A stretch of 64,000 bases of DNA from Lepidodermella squamata (lineage: Eukaryota > Animalia > Gastrotricha), in NCBI GenBank assembly GCA_047495785.1, contig JBLDXI010000020.1:62001-126000 (forward strand), in the 5' to 3' direction. Each line of letters starts with the position of its first letter. Position 1 is the first letter of the stretch. Of this stretch, positions 26,901 through 37,645 are shown one piece after another. The notes under the pieces are model-generated. The model worked only from the letters and a program-made list of their open reading frames with translations. It searched no databases and was not told where the DNA came from. A program made the translations under genes and the position numbers.

Positions 26901-28329
26901 CTGTTACACCGATCGTACATTGATGCATGTCGGATGGAAAATCGGCTCGTCGAAGAATTGCGATTCGAATGGGGCTCCGATCGCTGCGCTGAACCTCCTC
27001 CGTCGTCTTGTAAAGGTAGTTACTCGTACCTAGCATTTATTTTTGGGGCATTATCCGGTCTAATTAATGAAGCGTGGTATTGGTTGAAAAATGTTGATTA
27101 TATAGTTACCCAAGTTGAATTGATCTTCACAAACTTAGCGGAGTAAGTGCGTGATTGGTCTGTGCCAGTCAATCGAAAATTAAATTTATTTTATTTTTAT
27201 TTAAAGAGCCATAACGCCCAGAAGAGGACAGCTCAGACAAGTGATCAATAGAAATGTAAAGACAACAACAAAATTGAAAATCGAAATAGCATAAATAGTA
27301 GACTGATCGGGATCACTATCGAAATCAATGCGATGATCAACAATAAATCAATACGACAATAAAACAATAAAAACAATAAGAAAATACAAAAATAACCGGC
27401 TAGAATAGAAGACATGAATGAAGGTGTTGGCGGTGAACTGGAAGGTCGTCATGATTTGTGTGGCGTGTGGAATGCAACATTGCGCCTCTTTGCTGCGTTT
27501 TGTGTTTGTGTGGTTTATGGTTGAAAGTTGAATCTGCTGTAGTCATTCGCTATATCTAAATGGAGAGATAAGAGGCAGCAAGGGGCCGTAAAATTGCGGT
27601 GCTCAGCTAGAAGCTGCCTCATTTTCAAGTGTGATGTGATGAAAAATCGCACTCTACTCTCTATATTTTTCAGGAAATATTGCACTAGCAAAGCGCTTGG
27701 CAGCAGCGGCTCACCGTTGGCGTATTCGACTTTCCGGTACAAATCAGAAGGCGTTCAGCGATTGGCGCGTCATTCTGCTGATAGGAAACCCACAGGTTGA
27801 GCTGAGTTTCAAACAGATTCTTATTGCTGGAGGTGCAACGATCGTAACACTGCCCCCCGATTACTCTGCGCCCTCAGCTGCATCGTTCACACATTGGCTA
27901 GTCGAACCCGGTATCACCCAAGTATTGGCTTCTCAAGTCCAGACGTCGAATCAAGGTTCACCTGCTCGCCCGGCACGAATTCAAACCTTGCGTCGTTCTT
28001 TTGACTGCCTGCTTAAGTATATGTCTCTGTGTGGTGGCCCCGAGCCTCCAACGGGCGGCGGTTGCGTCGTGCGGCACGATTACCTACAAAGCTACTTGCT
28101 TGAAGATCCTATTCCTAGCGTCCGGCAGCAGCTGGTTAGTTGCAGTCTATTGCAGATGCAACTGCCTAGTCTTTCAGTCACAAACTCGCCAGGTCGCAAA
28201 ACTTCTTCCACAGTTCTGGCTCCTAAAAACGTTGCTCAGCAAAGCGACCCATCGGAAAGTTACGTTCATGCCGATAAACGCTTGAGGACTGTTTACGCAT
28301 CAAACACTGCCAATCGGCCGATCAAGTAA
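23904..28329 (+). CDS. TOPBP1: DNA topoisomerase II-binding protein 1 (exons 23904-27015, 27674-28329)
   Basis: Multiple BRCT repeats (VTHLIT..GSAKY, CTHLIV..GDKY..W); ATR-activation-like SQSLQVMWGED; BRCT7/8 RTQKFLSGIASGKWLLHRSYI...LAAAAHRWR...AFSDWRVIL. The phase-1 intron 27016-27673 joins in frame. Confidence 0.93.
27185..27352 (-). mobile_element. LINE 3'-end fragment in the TopBP1 intron
   Basis: About 150 nt near-identical to ~46115-46258, the 3' UTR of the LINE fragment in the WASHC2 intron; A-rich tail on the minus strand. Confidence 0.75.
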
Positions 28330-28589
28330 CTGACTGCTCAATTTTTGTTTCAAATCACATTCTTGCATTTGTTTTACGATGATATTTGAAAAAGTTTTTC
28401 ATTGATGATCTGACGTAATGCTTTGTTGCCTCCAGTCTTTTTTTTTTACGATAAAGCAGTATCTATAAAAATGATGCAATTCTTCAATAGTTATTATTTA
28501 TGATTTCGTTTTTTTAATTTAGAGTGATATTAATTTTTAAAACATAGCTATAGCTGAGATGCGAATCAAATAATCGAGATTTGAAGAAG

Positions 28590-31500
28590 ATGGATCCCAA
28601 TCAACAAGCATACCATATACCATACTGTGAGTCACATATTTTGCATTACAGTTTCCTGTCGCCCTTAGATAACTGGCCTAATATGTAATATGTTCAAGGC
28701 AGACTTGGCGATTTATTTATGTGATCTATGTGTAATTGTATATGGTGTGTGGCAAAATTAAGCCGAGGCATTTTGCATAAGAGCGGGGCCGAAGCCCTTT
28801 TTCTGATGGTAGGGCATTTCCTCTAATAGACTGTAGCCAACTGTCCACCCTTTGGTCGCCGCCGGTTTTCTCCGCGACTCTACTTAGGAAAGCACTCATA
28901 TTCGTTGTTTTGATCATTTTAGGCGTTGAAACGGGTCAATCTCTTTTGAGAGGCTGGCAAGTAAAAGTTAGAGGCGTCTTTTTCTTTCTCATCCCTGATC
29001 TCTAGATTTCTGATGGCTAAACGACCGAAGACGTCGTGAAAGCCAATGAACTATGCGTTTGCCAAGATGAGCGTAGGCTTGTTGTTTTTCTATCACATTT
29101 CGACCAGCTTGTATTATCAAGTGCGTGGGATCCTAGTAGAAGAACATCACTGGGTTGTAGTTGTATGTTGTTTTCACTACGCACGCGTCAAATAGTTATG
29201 AACCGAATCCAGGAGTTGTTGCCGTGCTCCAGGTTGCCGCGAGATTTCTCTCATAGTCATAGTTGTCATGATGTTCCCTGCTGGACTTTTTTATCTCTCC
29301 GCTTCTCGCGCGCGCTCTATAGCTAGCTCGGCCGCCAAGTGAACAAACGGTTATAATTATTGCCTTAGTAGTGTGCCGTTCGCAATATTATTTGCGGCCA
29401 GTGCGGTCGCCTAATGAAACAATGAAATGTGACGAATTTTTTTGTGTTTCTTTGCTTCCAAAAGTTTACCAAAATTCGCCGTCTCAAACAGCGCTGTCGC
29501 AGCCGGCCGCGCAGCAGCAGCAGCAGCAGCAGCAACGACCCGGCGCCTCTTCTTCGGCCTACTTCCAGCCGATTTCTTCGGCCCCTGACTCGGCCGTCAT
29601 GCGCTCGTCGCAGCCCTCGCCAAGCCAGAGCCTTTATTCGCGGATCGTTGCTCCTGCGAGCCCCGCGCCCATCAACCGCGTCTTCCTCCCCCAACAACAG
29701 TTAGTGCAGTCCCCTGGGGTTATACAGCAGCCGTCAAATCTGAGTTCCTCCACTAACTCAACCAATTCTGGCTGGTACGGGCGCTCGACGCCGCAATCGA
29801 ATAGCAGCGCAAACTCGGTGGTGGAGTTTGTCACCGACGTTGGGCTGTCCTCGTTTTACACTACATCGTCACAACAGCAACAGCAGCAACAACAAAATCA
29901 GCACCAGCATCGTCCTCATAACTCGCATATGATCATCGACAATAATGGAAGTGTAAATTTTCATTCCAACTTGCCACCGCGCATCCAAGATCGCCAAGAA
30001 CGCCAGTTCTTCCAAATAGCCCAGTCGCTGCGGCAGCAGCAACAGACACAACAGCAGCAACCCATTCATCAAGAACAGATGCATGGTGCTGCAATTTTTG
30101 GCGCGCCGTCCTCAGATTTTCGTCATGCCATTGTCGGACGCGACTATTCTAACAACGGGCCGCGCATGCCCCGCCGCCCTGTTACGGCTAAGCATCTGAA
30201 CTCCACCCACAATGAATCTTCGACGTCGTTTGGATGGTCCAACGGCGCCGATGAACTGGGTGCGAATCTGAAGACACCTATGAACCTCGTTGTGGATCTG
30301 GCGAAGAGGCATAACGTAAGTGTTGACTATCAGACAGCTTCAGAACGGCTTGCAGACGCCCTCGGCACTACAAAAATCTACACTGTGTGCCTGCGTCTCG
30401 GCGACGAGCAGCACTTCGGCATAGGCAACACCGTACAACGCGCTCAGCAGAATGCAGCTCAAGCTGCACTGCGATCTTCAAGCTACGTCTCGTCACCGAA
30501 ATCGCTTTCTAGTAAGCCGGATCCAAGCCAGCACGGGATGAGGCGGTCGAAGCAGATGGGTGACACGAAGCAATCAGGTGTGCAGCCGCAGCAAACAACT
30601 CCGGTCGTGCCCAACAATCGTGAGGCGTCGATGACGCCTACGGTGGAACTGAATGCGCTGGCAATGAAGTACCGTTTGAAAGTCGACTACGACGACCAAC
30701 AACTAAGGCGCCCGGCACTGGTGCAGGGCAGGCAAACGCTCGTAAATGTCTTCATAGCAACGTGCAAAATCGGTGAGCACCGCTTTCCCGGAGAGGCCCA
30801 GACGCGCAAAGACGCCCGCCAAGCCGCTGCCCGTGCGGCTTTGCATTACTTCAAGGACAAAAGCGCTGACGAGTTGCTGGCCGTTGGCGTTGGCACTCCC
30901 CCTAATCTGCAATCTGAAGTTTCCCAAATTTACGATTTCGCAGCTCGTCGCGGCTTACCTGTGCATTTTCAAGTCGATATTGACCAACCTCCTCCTGACC
31001 AGACCTTTGTCACAGTATGCACCCTCGGCAGCGCGGACACCGGTGGCGAGGTTAAATCACTTGGCCGTGGCCGGTCAAAAAAGGAGGCTAAGCAGCGGGC
31101 GTGCATCGAAATGCTGCAAAAGATTCGATGCTTTCAAATGACTTCGCATGCTTCTTCTCCGTTGAATAATAATCTCGGGCTCGAGAGCTCATGTCATATC
31201 GACGCAATGCGCGGCAACCAGTTTGCCGTTGTGCCGAACTGGCGACCGGCAGGGCCTCGCAGACCGCAGAACTCCAATCAGTTGCGGCTAGGACTTGCAT
31301 CCTCTTCGAAACCCACGCTGTCTGAAATTTCCGAGCCCAACTTTCTGCTGGAACTCAATCCTATTAGTCGCCTCTTTCAGATCTTTCAAGCGAAGAAAAA
31401 CGGGGTACTGCCTGTTTTTGAAGATATTCCGTTAGGACCGAGCGGCGACCAAGGTGTGTTATATCGCCTTTCAAGTTATTTTGCTCTTATTATAGTTTTC

Positions 31501-32870
31501 TTTGTTTTAGCTCATGCTTCATCCAGCGATGAGAAGCCCGTGACCTCAGAGCAACAGCAAGATTCAGTACAGCGACCTCCTAGCGACTCTAAGATAAGCG
31601 TGCAGCCTACCGAAGATGGAAAATACGTTTTGTTACTCTCTGCGCCTGATGCCCCGGCTCCTCTCGATCCTAGCCAAGGCGCTCAGAAGAGCGCTGCTGG
31701 GCGCTTGAAGCGGGGCAAGTTTTTGGTGCGATGTACTTGCGGAGATAAATCTGTAACAGCCGAAGCTCGAAACCAAAAGGCCGCGAAGGCCGCCGCTGCA
31801 ATCGAAATGCTGAAACTGCTCAATTACAATGTGCCCGCTCCACCGCTATCGCCGTTAACTCCGCCTCCACTGCTCGACCCGAATGACCCTGATTCTGTTC
31901 AGTACCGACAGCGCGGGCGGTCCAAAAGCAATCGGCCTCCTCACGAAGGCGACGAAGCGGTTTCGAAGAAACAACTTGACAGAAAGGCGGCGCGGGACGC
32001 AGTGCAAATTTTCTTTCACCCTGCACTGTTCGCCCCGCCCAAATCGAGTTCGCTCAATCCCTCGAGTCTACTGACCGCCAACGATCTCTTAGGCAAAAGC
32101 GACAAGTCTTCCGCGCCTGATGATATCACCAGTGCCGATATCACAATTATCGCCAAAAAATTGAAAACACTCAAGCAAATAACGTCGGTCAAAGACCTGC
32201 TTGACGTTGCAGACGAGGTGAGACATTAATCAGGAATAATTTCCTCTCTAATTTAGGTATTTTTCTCATAATATTACGATGCTGATATAGTATTGAAACG
32301 TGTTTTCGATATCTTTCTTTATTTCAAATTATTTCACTCCTTATCAAATGTCGATATGCAAATTGCTCACAAATGAAGGACGATTCTGCGTAATAGAAGT
32401 TCAAACTATTAATACAGCTAAGAAGTGTCTCAAATTTTACGCTTAATTTGTTTTTGTAGATTGGCGCAGAAAAATTAGCGAAGCTGAGTCTTCCTCCATC
32501 TGAATGCCAAGAAGAACTAATACCCACGCCGAATTTCCTCAAACTGCAGTTTCTGTGTGCACTTGCCGGACGCGCACCGACGGTTACGCGAAAACAGAAC
32601 AACAACTCCCACCTTGTATTCGTAGACCTAGCTGATGCGTTATTCTGCGGTGAAGGTAGCACTAGTAACGAGGCGCTTGAAAGTGTAGCCTTGCGGCTTG
32701 TCGACAGTATCGCATCGACTGTTCTTCAAGTCGGTTGTTCGTCTGCGCCGCCTATTGGACCATTTACTGAGGAAGAGCTAACACCGCACCAGGCAGACCA
32801 AAGCGACCTAGAAGTTCTTCCTACCGCTCTTATGGTTAGCGAGCCGGCGGATCATGGGGAGTCAGAATAA
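28590..32870 (+). CDS. stau: Staufen dsRNA-binding protein (exons 28590-28626, 29465-31453, 31511-32217, 32460-32870)
   Basis: Staufen-diagnostic dsRBD starts KTPMNLVVDLAK, MTPTVELNALAMK, SEVSQIYDFAARRGLPVHF...GRSKKEAK, LNPISRLFQIFQAKK; dsRBD5-like last exon; polyQ N-terminus. The first micro-exon is inferred from phase-compatible splice sites. Confidence 0.92.
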
Positions 32871-34315
32871 CGTTACTGCCATCTAATCTTACGCCACTGC
32901 TTTTGGATGCGTATGATCAAGAGGCGCTCATTTCCCAAAAACCAACGCAAGCGTATTCTTTCTGCTATTTTGTGATGGCTTTTTGTTTACGATCTGAGGC
33001 GCGACAAAACACAACTTTCGGAGTGAAAGGGCAACTTGCGATGCAATATTTCTAGCTTTGAAGGCGCTCGGTTGCCTCGTAACGCCCAGTTTCGCTCTCC
33101 GAAAAAGTATTTTGTTGCACCTTGTTTGATTTCTTGTTTGATACGTTGTGGGCGAGAAGCGAGAAAAAAGTTCTGCTGCCTTCACAAGTGCCGTTTATTA
33201 TTTTTGTGTTGACCTTCTTGAAATTCGACCGTGTCCCGCTGAAAGAAAACAGATGAATATTCTAGAGGCTGTCGTTAATAATATCCAGCGAACTGATAAT
33301 TTTGTGCGGTTGTAATCTGTTTGTGCCCTTGTAGAAGTCAAAAGTGTGTACCGAAAGCTTGGTCGTAACAAACTTGAATTCGTTTGACTGAAATCAAAGC
33401 ATGGCATCTGATGAGATTTCAGCGATTTGATTTGTGAATTACATCGACCATCATCGAGATTGCCTTAGTATGTTTTTACTAATGTTCATGCATTTTCAAC
33501 TCAATTCTTCTCCTTGTAACTACCCTGGCTTGATTGGTGGCATCAGATATTCGAGCGCTGAAATCTCGAATGCAAAACCACTTGTCACGGGCTGCTAAGG
33601 TTCGAAAAAATATTTCTCATTCGAAAAGTTTGCCAACGACCTCGCTTCCAGGCGTACTTTTGGCGCCAACTCGGCATCGACTAGCGACTTGATACAACTG
33701 TATAGCAGTATTCTACGGCAACAGGCAATCAACGAAACTTATCTTCCATCTTATATCCATGATAACTCGCCTTGTAGTGAAATTAATTGAATAGTAACTT
33801 CTTCAGTGCATATATGGTTAATAACAATGCCTAAATTTGGTCGCTGGATATTCTCGTTGTAAACAACTTCATGTCATTGTGTAATAACAATAAAATTTAT
33901 TAATTAATGTCAGTTAACGTTGTTTTTAAGTGGTTACAAGGTTCTGGTCCGCAGTGCAGGCTCTTGTTCGAAACTAGATTAACCTGAATACGTATATTTC
34001 TGCTTATATTTCGGTAACTCCGGTAATTCATATCATCGATAAAATCTGAGACACGCCATGAGAGAGTAACAATCTAACAGGTTTGTCTGCGGCGAAACCT
34101 GATAAAACAAATTAGAATCAGTGAGAGATCGATATGGCCAATCGCTCATGCTGGCACGCGCAAAAAAACACGCGACCGCGTCCGCTATCGCTTTGCGTCG
34201 CTCGCGTAACTGCATACGCTTAGATGCGATTCGATGCATAATGTGATTTTCTATCTAATGTGGATATTTTCATCTAAAATGCCCTATGTAACGTTATATA
34301 CTGTGGACCAAAATG

Positions 34316-34561
34316 GGAATCTATGGAACGTAGGTAGACAGCTAAGTAGAATCGGCATCGAGGAATCCGATTTCGATATTTTGAAAAAGCCATGAATCTT
34401 CCAAACTTCCGATATTATCGATTTTCGAAAAGCGATACTGATTGATTTTCGAAATTTACCAATAGCTTTTCCAGTTTTCATTCAAATTTGGAAACAAATT
34501 CATATTCGGATTGCTCGATGCCGATTCTACTTAGCTGTCAACTTTACGTTCCATAGATTCC
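34316..34561. mobile_element. Palindromic MITE
   Basis: ggaatctatggaacgta...ctaagtagaatcggcatcgag matches the reverse complement ctcgatgccgattctacttag...tacgttccatagattcc. Confidence 0.75.
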
Positions 34562-34734
34562 ATAGAAATGAAAAAATTAAAGAACCCCGAGAAATCCGGT
34601 CCAGCCAGGTAAAACTCCGAAAATGACTGGAATGATAGGTCAAAAGTTCCTACTGCTAGGTCCCATTATGAGATTTATTCGATTTTCAACTAATTTGAAG
34701 TGAGGAAATGAATTATCAATACATAGAAAGCCTA

Positions 34735-35426
34735 CCGTAAGCTGGTCTTACTTCGGACAAAAACGTGTTTTGGGGCTTAGTTTTTCAAGGAGAACGAATT
34801 TTTTGACGGACTTTATGTCAAAAGATGCGCCTTGAAAAACTGCATATTCTAGTATCAAATCCGGTAAACAAATAATTTTTCCCGTACAGGTATTAAAGGA
34901 AAACTGGTCCGGCTGACTTCGGACACAACTGGGGTAATTTCGGACAGCTCAGTGTGAATATTTAGATTGGGGCCAAAGTTCACATTAAAGCGAGATAAAA
35001 TTTGAGAGCAGATTTAAAGTAAAAAAATGAAAAAAAACAAAATGCATCAGAGGGATTCGAACCCTCAATCGTGAATTGTGCTCCCAACGCAGCTGCTGGC
35101 GCTGTTCTCACTGAGATATGGAATTTAAAAAAGTCAAGGTCGATTGGCATCTTTTTTAATTCTGGTCTTTGTAGTTTGAAGATATCCGAAATTAGCCGGG
35201 ACAAAATGGGTTTTCTAAAGCATTTCCTGATCAAAATTTTCGTTTTAAAACCCATTCCTCGCATAGATATCCGTTTTTCATGTTTCAGGTGTCATTTGAA
35301 AGACAAGACTCAGGGCTATCTTCTGCATTTTGAATGGCCTCCATATTCGCCCGGGTTGTGGAGGAATTTAATTTTAAAGTCAAAAGTGTCCGAAGTTACC
35401 CCGTCCGAAATTAGACCAGCTTACGG
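34735..35426. mobile_element. Tc1/mariner-pogo-type MITE, TA TSD
   Basis: TA|CCGTAAGCTGGTCTTACTTCGGAC ... GTCCGAAATTAGACCAGCTTACGG|TA. Confidence 0.85.
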
Positions 35427-36099
35427 TATAGTTCCGCCGGTGTAATATTTTATAAAAAAAAACACAAATATGTGTAGGAAGCATATTTTGGCATCGGATA
35501 AAGGCAAACTTCATGTTCGACGCACATATCATCCACAAAAATTACAATTATGACACCGGTACAGCCATGATGAAAATGGCGATTGCGCAATAATTGCTCC
35601 CATCTCATTTTTTGTTTTTTTCAATCAGTGTGTAATTTGCGATGGTAGTACACATTGGCCATTAATCACACGTCTACCCACTTTTTTATCGATCACATAT
35701 ATATCCAGCATTATATCTGTGAAAGGGCATCAATTTTGAACACGAATTCATTTAGCCGCAATAATTTTTGTAACCTGTTACACCGGTGTACCTAACGGCT
35801 AATGTGGGGTAACTATCAGGTACAAGCATAGACATAATTTAAGATAGACTGACTACTCACGAGAAAACAGCGGAACACCATGGGTCGCAGATGTTCAGCT
35901 GAATCATGAAAAAAGGTCCGAATTTCGGTGGGAAAGTAAACAAAGAAGTTGATTTTTCTTCGATCGATTTCGTTTTATCAGCGCTGGTTCTCTCAATTTC
36001 GTTGTTGGAACCAGGAAGAGAATTATGAGAGGAACAAGATGGTTATTTTTTCGTGAAATTATGACTTTTTCAAATTGGTCGAAATGCATTTTATAGTTT

Positions 36100-36570
36100 T
36101 TGAGCCTGCAAATATAATGGGAAATCGACAAGAAGGAAAGTGAAATTGAATCGATTGTCGATGAATCTAAATGCGCCTGTGCGTGAGCTTTATTTTGAGC
36201 CCAAGTTTGACCTTCAACGATTTTTTACTGGATTTTAACAATTTTTTGAAGTTTTTCGGTGGGAAAATCCATTACTTTTGCTTGTTAGCAAAACAGACAC
36301 AAGCAAACGCGTGATTCATTCGCATGAATCTAAACCAGAAAAAAGCATGAACCTTGCGCATGAATCACATGTGTAGCCAAGATGTCCAAACCAAAAGTAA
36401 TGCTGTTTCCCACCGTAAAACTTCAAAAAATTGTTAAAATTCAGTAAAAAATCATTGAAGGTCAAGATTGGGCTCAGAAGAAAGCTAACGCCAAGCCGCG
36501 TTTAGAACCGTCGGCAACTGCTTCAATTTCGCTTTTAATCCTGTCGATTTTCGATTTTATTTGCAGATTT
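36100..36570. repeat. Long, diverged inverted repeat (old foldback element/MITE)
   Basis: gaccttcaacgattttttactggattttaacaattttttgaagttttt vs aaaacttcaaaaaattgttaaaattcagtaaaaaatcattgaaggtc; boundaries approximate. Confidence 0.7.
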
Positions 36571-36896
36571 TTTAATTAAGAATCTTTTTAATTTATTTTC
36601 TTAAATTATGTCTATGGGTACAAGCATGAATTGTAGTGGAAAGGTAAAGGTGGTCCAAGTCACCCAAAACACATGTTAGATGCTGATGGGGTGACTTTGT
36701 ACCACTCAAATGTCGAAGCCGGCAACGTAAAGACCCATGGGTGGGCCACTGTTGGATAGCATGTGAGCAGAGTGGTTCGAAAATGCCATTAGTTTTCGAT
36801 TCCAATCGCATGGATTGCTTTGGCTAGTCACCCTAATTCCAGGTACCGGAAATGGAAATGAAAAAATTACCCCCAAACTTTACCTGTCATTTTATA

Positions 36897-37096
36897 CAGT
36901 ATGGTCTGATACTAGTACATGGAGAGAAGTTCATTCATCTTTTTATTGAGGAGCTTGGACAAATTGAAGAGTTTCATGAATTGCGACATCGATCTTTTCC
37001 ATGGAGAAGCAACTCTTGACATTCTTCAATTTTTCCAAGCTCCTCATTAAAAAGATGAAAGAACTTCGCCCCCTGCACCAGTATCAGACCACACTG
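36897..37096. mobile_element. 200-bp Tc1/mariner-type hairpin MITE, TA TSD
   Basis: TA|CAGTATGGTCTGATACT ... AGTATCAGACCACACTG|TA; the arms pair over ~90 nt. Confidence 0.8.
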
Positions 37097-37331
37097 TACT
37101 CTATTCTCTATCTCTTTATCCGTATTCTCTACCGGATGCGCAGCTACGAGGAATCTTTCTGCATCGTTTCCTGATACCATAAACAACTAGACCATAACAT
37201 AACCGATAAAATGCAACGCCCGAGATTGCGTGACTGCCAATTACTAGTGGTTTTATTAAAATTTCAGACGGATTATTTGATGTTCTTGCGATATTCATTC
37301 TGATTGAATTAACCGGACGCCTTGCGCGATT

Positions 37332-37370
37332 GCTAACTAGTTTCGGTTTTATTTAAACCATCTTCAGAGC
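37332..37370 (-). ncRNA. Minimal type I hammerhead ribozyme (orphan, Penelope pLTR-type)
   Basis: Minus strand GCU-CUGAAGA-U-GGUUU(aaaua)AAACC-GAAA-CUAG-UU-AGC: intact core, stem II, palindromic stem III (ACUAGU), stem I GCU/AGC. Confidence 0.75.
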
Positions 37371-37645
37371 CTAGACAACAATTAACAACAATATACCTTC
37401 TGCTTGCGAGGCGGTGATAGGAACAATACCTCATTTATCATCACCAGTAATCGAGTGGCGTAAATTCGAGATTTTTATTATTGTCGACATTACTCACTTA
37501 TCTGTACTTGTAATTTTAGAATTAATAAAGTAATGCTTCATAATCGCTTGATTGGTATTCACGCATCGCATATACTTACTTTGGATTACAAAGAACCAAT
37601 AAATATTGGGCAATCTGACACTTGAAAGTCAGCGCAGAAGCTCCA

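Noticed and set aside
27016-27146. Hydrophobic C-terminus of the 1080-aa ORF as a transmembrane anchor
   Set aside because: Intron read-through; splicing at 27015/27674 restores BRCT7-8.
31454-31510. Transmembrane-like YFALIIVFFVLA in Staufen
   Set aside because: It is a 57-nt in-frame GT-AG intron.
35040-35110. tRNA gene (GGTTCGAATCCC B-box on the minus strand)
   Set aside because: No cloverleaf or A-box could be built; it lies inside a MITE, so at most a SINE-like relic.
36974-37186. Short ORF as a gene
   Set aside because: Overlaps a palindromic MITE.
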